A stretch of DNA of 64,000 nt from Sphingomonadaceae bacterium. GTDB lineage: Bacteria; Chloroflexota; UBA6077. Under the pieces are notes generated by a model. It was given only the letters and a program-made list of their open reading frames with translations. It searched no databases and was not told where the DNA came from. Both the position numbers and the translations under genes were made by a program. Positions 37,378 to 47,210 of the stretch are shown piece after piece. Position 1 is the first letter of the stretch, and each line of letters begins with the position of its first letter. The stretch lies in contig JBLNDL010000025.1 of assembly GCA_050261575.1 (NCBI GenBank), positions 15,115-79,114 on the forward strand, written 5' to 3'.

Positions 37378-38428
37378 CTGCAGTGAAGTGCTCCCATCCC
37401 AAGCGATTGGTCAGATAGGCGCGACCCTGCGCGTCGACCAGCATCACCGGTGGCTCCTCGGCGCGGGGCTCGAGGATTCGTCCTACCACGGTGAGGCTCT
37501 TCCCGGCCGAGTGCAGCAATAACTGGGCCCGCGCGACGGCATCCTCGGGTGCGACGCACAGCAGCTCGTAGTCCTCTCCCCCAGACACGGCCAGGTCGAG
37601 AGCCTTGGGGCCGAAGCGTTCCCGCAGTAGCGGGTGCATCGGGATCTCTTCTACCTCGACCCGTGCCGACACGCCGCTCGCCCGGCACACCCGGGTGAGG
37701 TCCCCCATCAGACCGTCGCTGAGATCCATGCCACATCGGATGCCGGCCTGCACCAACTGCTGCCCCTCCTCGACCCGCGGCATCGGCCGGCGGTGGGCCT
37801 CCACCAGCGGTGCATACTCCTCGGGAACATCACCCTCGTACTGAAGAAGCAACTCCAGTCCTGCGGCCGACGACCCCAGTTGCCCGGTTACGGCGATCAG
37901 ATCGCCCGGGCGCGCCTCGGACCGACTGAGGATGGGAAGGGAGCCGTCGGGACGTTTCCCTCCGATGGTCTCGCCGATGAGGGTCACGCTGACCATGGTG
38001 AGAGCCGAGGAGACTGTGTCCCCGCCAGCGATCGCCGCGCCGAACCGGCCCGCCACGTCTGCCATACCCCGGCAGATCTCCAGCACGCTCTCCACTTCCA
38101 TGTCTCCGCTCGCTCCCAGCACCGCCAGGGCGTAGCGAGGGATGCCTCCCATACCGGCGATGTCGCTCAAGTTGGAGGCCATCGCCTTCCAACCGAGGTC
38201 GTACCAGTGGGTAGTCGTTCGAGTGAAATGGACTCCTTCCACCATGGCGTCGGTCGTCGCTATGGTGTACCTGCCGGCGGAGTCCTCCCACACCGCAGCA
38301 TCATCGCCGATGCCGAGGGACAGGCGCGAAAACGCGGCTGCGGCCTTGGCCACAACCGCGCCCTCCTGCCGAAAGATGCGAGCCATCCGCTCGATGAGTT
38401 CGAATTCGCCGATCTCCCGAAGCTTCAT
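37358..38428 (-). CDS. thiL: thiamine-monophosphate kinase
   Basis: [39 protein letters not shown]. Start at ATG 38428; the upstream ORF extension is Ser/Cys/Arg-rich. Confidence 0.88.
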   Translation of the reverse strand: MKLREIGEFELIERMARIFRQEGAVVAKAAAAFSRLSLGIGDDAAVWEDSAGRYTIATTDAMVEGVHFTRTTTHWYDLGWKAMASNLSDIAGMGGIPRYALAVLGASGDMEVESVLEICRGMADVAGRFGAAIAGGDTVSSALTMVSVTLIGETIGGKRPDGSLPILSRSEARPGDLIAVTGQLGSSAAGLELLLQYEGDVPEEYAPLVEAHRRPMPRVEEGQQLVQAGIRCGMDLSDGLMGDLTRVCRASGVSARVEVEEIPMHPLLRERFGPKALDLAVSGGEDYELLCVAPEDAVARAQLLLHSAGKSLTVVGRILEPRAEEPPVMLVDAQGRAYLTNRLGWEHFTADDRATS

Positions 38429-38435
38429 GGCCGTG

Positions 38436-38444
38436 ATTATAGCA
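38436..38444 (-). promoter_or_regulatory. extended -10 (TGCTATAAT) placed 7 nt from the thiL ATG, suggesting a leaderless mRNA
   Basis: Minus strand TGCTATAAT-CACGGCC-ATG. No SD fits in between. Confidence 0.5.
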
Positions 38445-38531
38445 CAGGTCGTGGCGCAGAGCTTGCTCCATCCCCTGGCAGGGGTTCCCCTTCCGTGACC
38501 CGAGTCGGAGACACCGGCCGAGGAAGCCGCC

Positions 38532-39017
38532 TTGCAGGAAGCCGCAGCAGACCGCAAACAACTGCAACTCCTTCGAGAAGTGGATGACCTCGTCCGCACC
38601 GCCCAAACCCCGGATCAGGGGTTGGCATGCGTGGCGCGGCTGCTGCGCGACCGAGTCCGCCGCTACACGTGGATTGGCTTCTATCGGCTGAACGGCGACC
38701 GGCTGGAGTTGGGACCCCATACGGATCCAGATCACCCGCCCCATCCTGCCGCAGTCCCTCCTCACGCAGGACCGCGTGGGCTGGCCGCTGCATCTGGAGC
38801 CACGGTGCTGGTGCCCGATCTTCGGCGAGATCCTCGATGGCTGGCCTGTCCCGCCTCTGCCCGCGCGGAAATCGTCGTCCCCATCCAGGACGGTGGCTTC
38901 GTGCGCGGCGAGATCGACGTGGACTCGAAGCGGGTCAACGGATTCACTCGGCACGACCGCCGCTTTCTCGAGACACTGGCGGAGCGGCTGCTACCGCTCT
39001 TTCGGCACTGGGGTTAG
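38532..39017 (+). CDS. GAF-domain protein (free Met-(R)-sulfoxide reductase-like fold)
   Basis: 161 aa. WIGFYRL.GD.L.LGP, AEIVVPI..GG...GEIDVDS resembles single-GAF proteins. Confidence 0.7.
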   Translation: MQEAAADRKQLQLLREVDDLVRTAQTPDQGLACVARLLRDRVRRYTWIGFYRLNGDRLELGPHTDPDHPPHPAAVPPHAGPRGLAAASGATVLVPDLRRDPRWLACPASARAEIVVPIQDGGFVRGEIDVDSKRVNGFTRHDRRFLETLAERLLPLFRHWG

Positions 39018-39094
39018 CCCCGACTTGGAAGCAGTCGCCTGCTGCCAAAGAGACCATCACCCTGGATAAACGATCAAATCTACAGACATAGCTC

Positions 39095-39124
39095 TTGTGG
39101 AGTACACATACAACCTGGTAAAAT
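39095..39124 (+). promoter_or_regulatory. sigma70-like promoter with extended -10, about 490 nt upstream of the next CDS
   Basis: -35 TTGTGG, 18-nt spacer, TGGTAAAAT. Confidence 0.5.
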
Positions 39125-39178
39125 GACATCAGCGGTTGACGCGCCATGTGGACCGCGTGCTCTGGGCAGTGGCCCTAC

Positions 39179-39243
39179 GCAGGTATCTCCAGATCGTGCC
39201 AGCCCCTCGGCGGGGAGTGAGTACCCTATCCACAGATGCCTGC
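39179..39243. repeat. inverted-repeat element, diverged copy C (arms GCAGGTATCTCCAG / CCACAGATGCCTGC)
   Basis: The left arm differs from copy A by 1 nt. The right arm matches 11/14. Spacing is the same (37 vs 38 nt). Confidence 0.55.
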
Positions 39244-39615
39244 TGGATCCTTGGCGATGAACGGGTGGATCGCACACGGTCCCCCTCGCCCGGGGCCGAT
39301 TCTGCTGTCTCCGGCTCTTTCTCGCTCCCGTCATTCCGACAGAACCAGCGATCGACCAGGAGACTCTGGCCGGCCCTCCGCGACCCGCAGGGGGCACGCA
39401 AGGTGTGTTGTGGCGTTCAGACACCAGACTCGCCGCGCTCAGTCCATGCCGAACAGGTTGGTCCAACAATTGCAGAAGGTGACGGGTGCAAGGTCTGTAT
39501 GGGTACGGTTTTCTTGTCCCCTTTGCTCCAGCCGAGCGTACTAGTCCCATCGTGCATGGGCCTATCCCTGGATCCATACCAGCCGTCGCTGCAATCCTGA
39601 TACGAGGAGAGTGAA

Positions 39616-40053
39616 GTGATTTCACGCCGCGGTGCCTATCGAAGGGACACCGGCACAACGAGGAGTGACGAAGGCTCCGCCAACAAGGTCGACCCCGAGA
39701 CTCTGGTGTTCATCCAGAAGTACCTCACTTCCTACACTAAGTGGGAGATGCTCAAGTACTTCGCCGAGAACCCAGACGCCGCGGAGACTGCGAGGGGATT
39801 CGCCCGCCGACTGAACAAGGACGTTCGTCAGATCTCAGAGGCGCTCGAGAGCCTGGCACGAACCGGCATCATCACCAACGGCAACAGCCGAAATCCCGAC
39901 GAGGGCGCATACACGCTGACCGCTGACGAGACCTTGAGATCCAGCCTTCTGAGGATTGGCGAGATGGCTCGGACCAACAACCGCTTCCGGCTGCTGGTCA
40001 ACTACCACATTACCAAGGCAAGCCTGGCCAAGTACAAATCGAACAGCTTCTGA
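39616..40053 (+). CDS. hypothetical winged-helix-like protein
   Basis: GTG start with a GAGGAG SD 5-6 nt upstream. ARGFARRLNKDVRQISEALESLARTGII resembles a wHTH recognition region. GC is visibly lower than in neighbouring genes. Confidence 0.5.
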   Translation: MISRRGAYRRDTGTTRSDEGSANKVDPETLVFIQKYLTSYTKWEMLKYFAENPDAAETARGFARRLNKDVRQISEALESLARTGIITNGNSRNPDEGAYTLTADETLRSSLLRIGEMARTNNRFRLLVNYHITKASLAKYKSNSF

Positions 40054-40246
40054 ATCGCCGCCAGCGGGGGCTTCGCGGCCTGAGACGCACCCAGCTTGCC
40101 GTGTCGCCTCGGGTTCGTCCGATGCAGACGCAGTTCCTTGGCCCTTCACACCAGCGATGCTTCTGCACTCCAAGGATACGACGGTGGGACGAACCCCTGC
40201 CCTACGTCAAGAAGCCTGCGGACTCGGCGGATCGACCACCCGGTGC

Positions 40247-41482
40247 TCAATAGGGAAGATGAAGCCGCACCCCCGGCTTGACCTCCCGGGAACGCTTTCC
40301 CACGGCCGACGCGACGGCCACTTCCAGGTTCCACTCTACCAGACCGCGCACGAAGGGATGGTTCTGCAGCGACCGCTCGGGGGGCTCCAAAGCCAGTGCG
40401 GCGGCCACCGCGATGCGCGCCCGGTCCTCGCGGCCAAGCTTCCACAGCAAGTACGAAGTCTCCTCCAGCCGCCGCTTGAACAGGGCACGCACTCGCGCAT
40501 CGAACAGCGCCTGAATCGCCCTGTCCACCAGCGAGCGCTCTTGAGCCTCGCGGCTGACGGCGGCCAGCACCAGCCCACTCTGCTCAGCCGCCACTCTCTC
40601 CCGAACAAACGGCCCCAACGCCTCCTGGTCCAGAAGCCAGATGCGGAACATCTCCAGCCCCAGCAGTTCTGCGGATCGCTCGAGGTAGCGAGGGTCCCAC
40701 CGCACTTCCGCAGGGTTGATAACACTGTAGACCAGAGGTCGCTCGTACGATTGAAGCGGTCTACCGATTCGGTCTCGCCATACCAGATACTCGAACGGTA
40801 GGTGGGTCCCGCTGGCGGCGTTCAGGGCGTGAGCCTCCTCGATCAGATGGCGGGCGTAGTCGACGGGGACCTCGACCCAGGGCAAATCCTCGTCCGAGGC
40901 GAGCCGAGCGGCCTCTCGGTCGAAGCGGGAGCGCGCCATCTCGGCAGTGAAAACGTCGAGGATCCCCTTCTCCTCGTTCCACACGAGCCCTAGCAGAGCA
41001 GCGTCCGAGCCCCGAGGGAAATCCAGCCACATGGCTCGATTGCCTGCACCGTCGAAGGGGCTGACCAGCGCCCTCGCCAAGTACCAGCCCCGCACCTGCT
41101 CCTCCGCTGGAGCGGCGGCCGCCACCGAGGGGTGCACCCCCAGACTGGCCAGCCGATGGAGACCGCGGCGAACCGCCTTCCGTAGGTCCCCGCTCGCCCC
41201 GGCAGCCAGCACCTGCAGGCAGGAGGCAGCGGCGACATCCCGAATGGAAGATAGGGCTTCGACGACAGCCAATGCCAACGGCCCCGTCGCCACCGTGGCC
41301 AATCCCTGAAGAAGGGGTACGGCTTCCGCCCCCTTCTTCTTTGCCAGTCGCGTCAGCACCTCGCGTGCACCGGCGTCGGGCAAGCGGGCCAGTTCGTGAA
41401 GAAGGCCAGCCCTATCGTACCCCTCACCCGCCTCCACGGCGGCCTCGAGCATCTCCGCGACCCGCTCCGGCAACTCACTCAC
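40247..41482 (-). CDS. hypothetical protein (helical-repeat-like N-terminus)
   Basis: 411-aa ORF with protein-like composition and no recognisable catalytic motif. Confidence 0.6.
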   Translation of the reverse strand: MSELPERVAEMLEAAVEAGEGYDRAGLLHELARLPDAGAREVLTRLAKKKGAEAVPLLQGLATVATGPLALAVVEALSSIRDVAAASCLQVLAAGASGDLRKAVRRGLHRLASLGVHPSVAAAAPAEEQVRGWYLARALVSPFDGAGNRAMWLDFPRGSDAALLGLVWNEEKGILDVFTAEMARSRFDREAARLASDEDLPWVEVPVDYARHLIEEAHALNAASGTHLPFEYLVWRDRIGRPLQSYERPLVYSVINPAEVRWDPRYLERSAELLGLEMFRIWLLDQEALGPFVRERVAAEQSGLVLAAVSREAQERSLVDRAIQALFDARVRALFKRRLEETSYLLWKLGREDRARIAVAAALALEPPERSLQNHPFVRGLVEWNLEVAVASAVGKRSREVKPGVRLHLPY

Positions 41483-41517
41483 TTACGACACTCCCTACGC
41501 ACCATGCGCGATCCCTC

Positions 41518-42036
41518 TCACGGGAGGCGCCTCGTGTCGAAGAAATCGGCCACCGAGGCGAACTGCGAGGGAAGGAAAGACAGCACGGCGGGCACGGTCT
41601 CCAGGATCTCGAAGGCCACCTCGGAGCCTTTCACGGCCTTGTCGAGCCCCATGACCGGAAACCTGATGGCAAGTATCAGCAGGAGCGCGGCCACGATGGC
41701 CCCCTGTCCGGCACCGAACACCGCGCCCCCCAGCCGATCCAGCCATCCCACCAGGAAAACCCTCATCAGACGCTGGATCAGCACCGTCAGCAGGGTCGCC
41801 AGCCCCAACACCGCGAGCACCACGGACAGATACGACAGGGCGTTGAGGAGGCGGCCTCCACCGATGAAAGGCTCCAGCACCTCGGCGACCTGCTCGTCCC
41901 ACTCGGCAGCCAGGATCAAGCCCGCGGCAAGCCCGCCGAAGGCCATACCTTCACGAATCAGGCCTCGCTGGTAGCCCCTGAGGGCACCAGCACCAACCAC
42001 CAGCAGTATCGCAACGTCCATCCAGGTCGGATTCAT
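41518..42036 (-). CDS. cvpA: CvpA-family membrane protein
   Basis: MNPTWMDVAILLVVGAGALRGYQRGLIRE is a typical CvpA N-terminus; 4 TM segments. Start at ATG 42036. Confidence 0.8.
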   Translation of the reverse strand: MNPTWMDVAILLVVGAGALRGYQRGLIREGMAFGGLAAGLILAAEWDEQVAEVLEPFIGGGRLLNALSYLSVVLAVLGLATLLTVLIQRLMRVFLVGWLDRLGGAVFGAGQGAIVAALLLILAIRFPVMGLDKAVKGSEVAFEILETVPAVLSFLPSQFASVADFFDTRRLP

Positions 42037-42324
42037 GATACCTCGCCGCGGAGAGTGCCTCCCTCCCGCCACCGCCCTTTGAGTTCGACTCTGTGGAAGA
42101 TCCCAGGGTCGTCTCCACCAGGGGAGTGTTATAGCACGTCGCGCCCCCTCTGGAAAGTCGCCACCACACCTCCCGACGACCTGTTGGCCACGGGGAGGAC
42201 GCAGTCCTTTCCGCATCCTTCGCGCCTGCCGAGCAGATTGGAGACGATGGCCTGCGGTGGTGGGCCGGTACCCCTAACCGCCCGCGGCCGCTGCACGTGC
42301 CGCGCGGCAATAGAATCGAGCGTT

Positions 42325-44679
42325 TTACGCCAGAGGAAGGGTGAAGCTGAAGGTACTGCCCTTTCCTGCCTCGCTCTCCACCGAGATCTGCCCGCCCATT
42401 GCCTCGACCAGCATCCGGGTGATGTACAGCCCCAGTCCCAGACCCTCGGTCCTGCGGGTCCTGTCCACCCGATAGAAGCGTTGGAAGAGCCGGGCCTGAT
42501 CTTCGCGGGAGATGCCCACACCCCGATCTACAACCGAGACCGTCACGTGTCCATCGTACTGCTGCGCCCGGAGCAACACAGGGGAATCCTCCAGGGAGTA
42601 CTTCAGGGCATTGCTGAGCAGGTTGGTCAGGACACGCTCCAGACGGTTTGGATCCGCCAACACCGGCCACAACTCCTCCGCGATATCCACCTGGATACGG
42701 TCGGTCCGGATCGCACTGCCCAACCGCTCCTTCAGGTCCAGAACGAAGGCCCGCAGGTCCATGGGTATCGGATCAAGTCGCAGGTGCCCGGACTCCAGCC
42801 GCGCGGAGTCGACCAGATCCTGTATCATCGCGTTCATCCGCTGGGCCGCCGTGACTATCGCCTCGGTGCTCCGCCTGGCCCGCTGGTTCTCCTGGGCCGT
42901 GTACCGCTGAAGCATCTGGGCGTGCCCCTGGATGACCGTGAGCGGCGTTCGCAGGTCGTGGGAGACTGTGTGAACGAACTCCTCCCGTTCGGCTTGCAGG
43001 TCGTGCATCGGCGTTATGTCGACGAAGACAGCCACAGCCCCAACCAGCTTCCCGGCCGAGTCGCGGATCGGCGCACCGCTGCTGGATATCCAGCGGGTCT
43101 TCCCGCCAACGTGGGTCAACATTAGTTGGCCCACCACCGTCTCACCTCGCAGTGCACGCAGAGAGGCGGTGTCTTCCAGTGCCATCGGCTGCCCGTCCGG
43201 AGTCTCCAGGCCCAGGGTCCGGAAGCGCTCAGCGGGCGGCAGCCTCACCACCTCAGGGGTGTAGCCCATCATCGACAGCGCAGCGGGGTTGATCCTCACG
43301 ATCCCGCCCGCTGGATCGTAGATCACCACACCATCGGTCATGGCCGCGAAGGTGGCCTCGAGTTCGGCGAGCAGTCGCTCTCGCTCGATCTCGGCCTCCT
43401 TCCGACGGCTGATGTCCTCCACCACGGCGATGATGTGGGCTGGTTCACCCTTGCTGTCCCGTACCAGAGACCCGGTCACGTTGACCCACACCACAGAACC
43501 TTCCTTCCGGATCAAACGCTTCTCCAAGGAGTAGGTCTGCATCGTTCCGTCCAGCAGCAGCGGGACCCGTGCCAAATCTGCCTCCAGGTCCTCCGGGTGG
43601 GCGATGTCCTGTAAGGTTCTGGTGGACAGCTCTTCCCGGGTGTATCCGAGGATGTGGCACAGCTTCTCGTTGACCCGGAGCCACCGCCCATCCAACCCCA
43701 CGTGAGCCATCCCCACGGCAGCCTGCTCGAAGGTCGCTCGGAACCGCTCCTCGCTCTCCCTGAGCGCTTCCTCGGTCCGGCGTCGCTCGGCGATCTCCCT
43801 CTCCATCGCGCGGTTGGCCGACTCCAACTCGGCAGTTCGCTCGACGACGCGTCGCTCCAGCCCCTCGTTCAGCCTCTGGACCTCCCAGTATGGGGCCTTC
43901 AGCCCTCGCACGACGATGGCCTCGAAGACCAGGTAGTAGGCCAGCAACTTGAAGAGGTGGCCAACCAGGTTCATCAGCCCGTACACGTCGGTGTAGAGGG
44001 TGAAGCTCAGCTCCGCTAGGATGGTCACCCCCATGGCTGCCATCATCATCCTGTAGACGGTCGGGTCCAGCCGCCCTCTGTTGCGCCGAAGGCGGACCAT
44101 GGAGCCTGCCAGGATGAGGCAGATGGCGTACTCACTGACCACCTTGAAGGCAGTCAGCCCCTGACCCGGCACGAAGGCCGCTGGGAAGACCCCAAACACC
44201 ATGATCGATGCGATCAGGCCGGCGGTCACCAGGCTGTAGCCCCACAGGAAGGCGGTTCGTGGGAAGGGACGACCAATCAAGAACGTGGCCACGAGCAGAG
44301 AGGCGGCGTCCAGATAGCGGCCGGCGATCCACAACTGCGTGGGGGTATCCGGACCGAGTCCCGGAAAGATGCCCATACCCTGGTAGGTCATCGTGTGGAA
44401 GAAGTCCAGGATCGCCACGAAGAGGTAGGCGTTCCCGAGGAAAAGCAGGAAGTCGTCGCCGGAGTGGTCGCGGGTCTGGGTGCCAACCACGTAGATGAGC
44501 AGCGCGACGACCAGTGCGAACCCTTCGGCCACGGTGTGAAACAGCAGATAGTTGCTCTGCGCCACCACGAACAGCACCAGGGCCGCCAGCAGCCCGATGG
44601 CCACCATCCGTGGGGTCGGCAGCGCCACCCCCTGCTTTCGCCAAGCCTCCATCGTCACCTCGTCGCGCGGTTCGGCCAT
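42325..44679 (-). CDS. membrane sensor histidine kinase with multiple PAS domains
   Basis: About 7 N-terminal TM segments, PAS repeats, H-box HDLRTPLTVIQGH, N/G boxes NLLSNALKY and GLGLGLYI. Confidence 0.88.
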   Translation of the reverse strand: MAEPRDEVTMEAWRKQGVALPTPRMVAIGLLAALVLFVVAQSNYLLFHTVAEGFALVVALLIYVVGTQTRDHSGDDFLLFLGNAYLFVAILDFFHTMTYQGMGIFPGLGPDTPTQLWIAGRYLDAASLLVATFLIGRPFPRTAFLWGYSLVTAGLIASIMVFGVFPAAFVPGQGLTAFKVVSEYAICLILAGSMVRLRRNRGRLDPTVYRMMMAAMGVTILAELSFTLYTDVYGLMNLVGHLFKLLAYYLVFEAIVVRGLKAPYWEVQRLNEGLERRVVERTAELESANRAMEREIAERRRTEEALRESEERFRATFEQAAVGMAHVGLDGRWLRVNEKLCHILGYTREELSTRTLQDIAHPEDLEADLARVPLLLDGTMQTYSLEKRLIRKEGSVVWVNVTGSLVRDSKGEPAHIIAVVEDISRRKEAEIERERLLAELEATFAAMTDGVVIYDPAGGIVRINPAALSMMGYTPEVVRLPPAERFRTLGLETPDGQPMALEDTASLRALRGETVVGQLMLTHVGGKTRWISSSGAPIRDSAGKLVGAVAVFVDITPMHDLQAEREEFVHTVSHDLRTPLTVIQGHAQMLQRYTAQENQRARRSTEAIVTAAQRMNAMIQDLVDSARLESGHLRLDPIPMDLRAFVLDLKERLGSAIRTDRIQVDIAEELWPVLADPNRLERVLTNLLSNALKYSLEDSPVLLRAQQYDGHVTVSVVDRGVGISREDQARLFQRFYRVDRTRRTEGLGLGLYITRMLVEAMGGQISVESEAGKGSTFSFTLPLA

Positions 44680-44735
44680 CTCGAGCCCGTCCGAGAAATG
44701 CCTTTTGATTATAACGTAATTGACAATCTGACCAT

Positions 44736-46928
44736 TCAGAAGCCGTCCTCTTCGTCGGGGTCCTGCCCCGATTCCCCGGCGGACTCCAGCAGCCCGTTCT
44801 TCTCCAGGGCCGCCCTAAGCCGCTTGGCTCGCGCGTAGCCGATCCGCAGCTTCCGCTGGATGAAGGAGACGGAGAGCCTGCCGTCGTGCTCCACGGCCAG
44901 CTCCTCCGCCTTCTCGTACAGCTCGTCGGCCTCGTCGTCCTCGATCGCCTCGAAGGCGACCGCGCCCTCGTATCGCGGCTCTCCCCAGAAAGGCCGTGCG
45001 GACTTCCAGTACTCGACCACGGCTCGGATCTCCGCATCGGAGGTGTAGGCCCCCTGGAGGCGCAGGGGCTTGGCCGAGTCGGCAGCGAGGTAAAGGGCGT
45101 CGCCGCGCCCGACCAGCTTCTCGGCGCCCATTTGGTCCAGGATGGTACGGGAATCCACCTGGGATGTGACGGCGAACGCGATCCGGGTGGGGAAGTTGGC
45201 CTTTATCAGCCCCGTCACCACGTCCACGGAGGGGCGCTGGGTGGCGATGACCAGGTGGATGCCCGTGGCCCGGGCGAGCTGAGCCAGGCGGCACAGGATC
45301 CGCTCCACTTCGTCGCTGGCCGTCATCATCAGGTCCGCCAACTCGTCCACCACCACCACTATGTAGGTCATCGCAAACCCTCCCCTCTTCTCCGGGGAGG
45401 CCTTGTTGAAGCCCTCGATGTTCCGGAAGCCCTTGGCGGCGAAGACGCGGTACCGCCGCTCCATCTCCTTCACCACCCACCTCAGGGAGGGGACCACCTG
45501 CTCCATCTCGGTGATCACGGGGCTGAGGAGGTGGGGCACGCCGTCGTAGGGGGTCATCTCGACCTTCTTCGGGTCGATCAGCACCAGTTGCAGATCGTCG
45601 GGCGAGTACTGGAGCAGCAACGCCAGGATGATCCCATTCAGGCAGACACTCTTGCCCGAGCCGGTGGCTCCCGCGATCAGCAGGTGGGGCATCTTGGCCA
45701 AGTCTGCCACCACAGGCTTGCCAGCGACATCGCGACCCAGGGCTATCTTCAGCCGGTCCGTGCGCGCCGCGTAGGCTGGAGTCTCCATGAGTCCACGGAG
45801 AGAGACCGTCTCCGTCACCGCGTTCGGCACCTCGATCCCGACCACGCACTCCCCGGGGACTGGAGCCTCCATCCGAAGAGGGGCCACGCCCAACCGGAGG
45901 GCGATGTCGTTGCTCAGGGCCAGTATCCTGGCAACCTTGACCCCTGGCGCCGGGCTGATCCCGAATCTGGTGACCGCCGGCCCGTGCCGGACGTTCACCA
46001 CCCTGGCGTCGACGCCGAAGCTCTTGAAGGTCTCGTCGATTATCCGAGCCCGCCGCTCTAGTTCCGCGGTCCCCGCGCACTCTGGTGCTGAGACCGTCTC
46101 GAGCAGGTCGAGGGAGGGCAGGGGCCAGCGACCCGCCCTGCGGACGGGGTGCTGCTTGCCGGAGGGCGACTCCAGCCGGCGCTCCTCGGACTGCGTCGAG
46201 GCCGGATCCCCCGCCAGCCCTACCGGCATCGCGGGTGCCTCCGCGGCATCGGTGTGGTGAGACCGCGGTGGGAGGGCGGGCGGGCCGCCCGCTCCGGCCC
46301 GCCCGCCTTCGGCCACCCGCGAGCCAGGTGCCATCGGTTCCGGCGCCATCGCCGCGTCGGCAGGCCCCTCCCGAGGACCCTCCGGCGAGAGGCCGCCCAC
46401 CGTGTCGGCTCGGGAGGCAACTCCCGGCGTCGACGCCGCACTGCGCTCGGCCTTGCGCGACGATCGGGTGGATCGAGTCTGCCGAGGCCGGGGTCGCGGC
46501 TGGACGTTGGTGGCGCCGAGCGGGATCAGCCTCTCCACCCCGACCAGAAGCAGCAGCCCGGCCACTGCTCCCGCAAGCAGCGCCAGGAGGGCGGCAACCG
46601 GGGGCAGGGTTTCGAGCAGGAGGGACACGACCAGGTGACCCAGCGGGCCTCCACCGTCTCCTGGAATCCTCCTGTGGGGTCCCTCGGCCTCGTGGCCGGA
46701 AAGGAAGGATAGTGTGCCCAGGGCGGACAGGAGCAGCAGGACGATGCCCGCCCCCTCCCTCCTGGCGAGACGTCGAACAGTGCGAACCAGGCGAGTGTAA
46801 CCCTTCCTGGCGAGGCGCCGCGCGTGGCGCCGGGCGGTCCGGGCGGCGGACCGCTCGAGCTTGAGAAGCGAGATGCTGGGACGAGCGCGTCGAGAGGCAC
46901 GGGGCCTTCTCTTGGAAGAAGCAACCAC
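44736..46928 (-). CDS. ftsK: DNA translocase FtsK/SpoIIIE
   Basis: PHLLIAGATGSGKSVCLN, VVVVDELADLMM, HLVIATQRPSVDV, C-terminal gamma wHTH SFIQRKLRIGYARA. Confidence 0.9.
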   Translation of the reverse strand: MVASSKRRPRASRRARPSISLLKLERSAARTARRHARRLARKGYTRLVRTVRRLARREGAGIVLLLLSALGTLSFLSGHEAEGPHRRIPGDGGGPLGHLVVSLLLETLPPVAALLALLAGAVAGLLLLVGVERLIPLGATNVQPRPRPRQTRSTRSSRKAERSAASTPGVASRADTVGGLSPEGPREGPADAAMAPEPMAPGSRVAEGGRAGAGGPPALPPRSHHTDAAEAPAMPVGLAGDPASTQSEERRLESPSGKQHPVRRAGRWPLPSLDLLETVSAPECAGTAELERRARIIDETFKSFGVDARVVNVRHGPAVTRFGISPAPGVKVARILALSNDIALRLGVAPLRMEAPVPGECVVGIEVPNAVTETVSLRGLMETPAYAARTDRLKIALGRDVAGKPVVADLAKMPHLLIAGATGSGKSVCLNGIILALLLQYSPDDLQLVLIDPKKVEMTPYDGVPHLLSPVITEMEQVVPSLRWVVKEMERRYRVFAAKGFRNIEGFNKASPEKRGGFAMTYIVVVVDELADLMMTASDEVERILCRLAQLARATGIHLVIATQRPSVDVVTGLIKANFPTRIAFAVTSQVDSRTILDQMGAEKLVGRGDALYLAADSAKPLRLQGAYTSDAEIRAVVEYWKSARPFWGEPRYEGAVAFEAIEDDEADELYEKAEELAVEHDGRLSVSFIQRKLRIGYARAKRLRAALEKNGLLESAGESGQDPDEEDGF

Positions 46929-47210
46929 GGTTCTCCTCGTGCGGGTCGAGTCTCACCGGGGCAGCGACGGGCGGGAGCGGGACGCCTGTGGTACGCCCAG
47001 GTGGAGCGGGATCGGACGGCGGCCGCCGCGGGGTCCGCCCCGAACCGATCCGGGTGGGGGAGACGCGAGAGGCTCTGCCGATGCATTCGTCGGGTGGCGG
47101 GGTCAACTCGTGGGCCGGCACCTTGGCCGCCCGACGGGGAACGGCCACCGGCATGCACGCCATCTTCCACGACGCCGCCATTATAGTGGGAGGCGGGGGA
47201 GGGAATCCAG

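Noticed and set aside
39330-39365. RNase P RNA, suggested by CGACAGAACCAGCGATCGACC, which resembles the M1 RNA 3' region GACAGAACCCGGCUUAUCGGUC.
   Set aside because: No GAGGAAAGTCCGGGC-type CR-I or other conserved regions lie within the required distance on that strand. The match is isolated and short.
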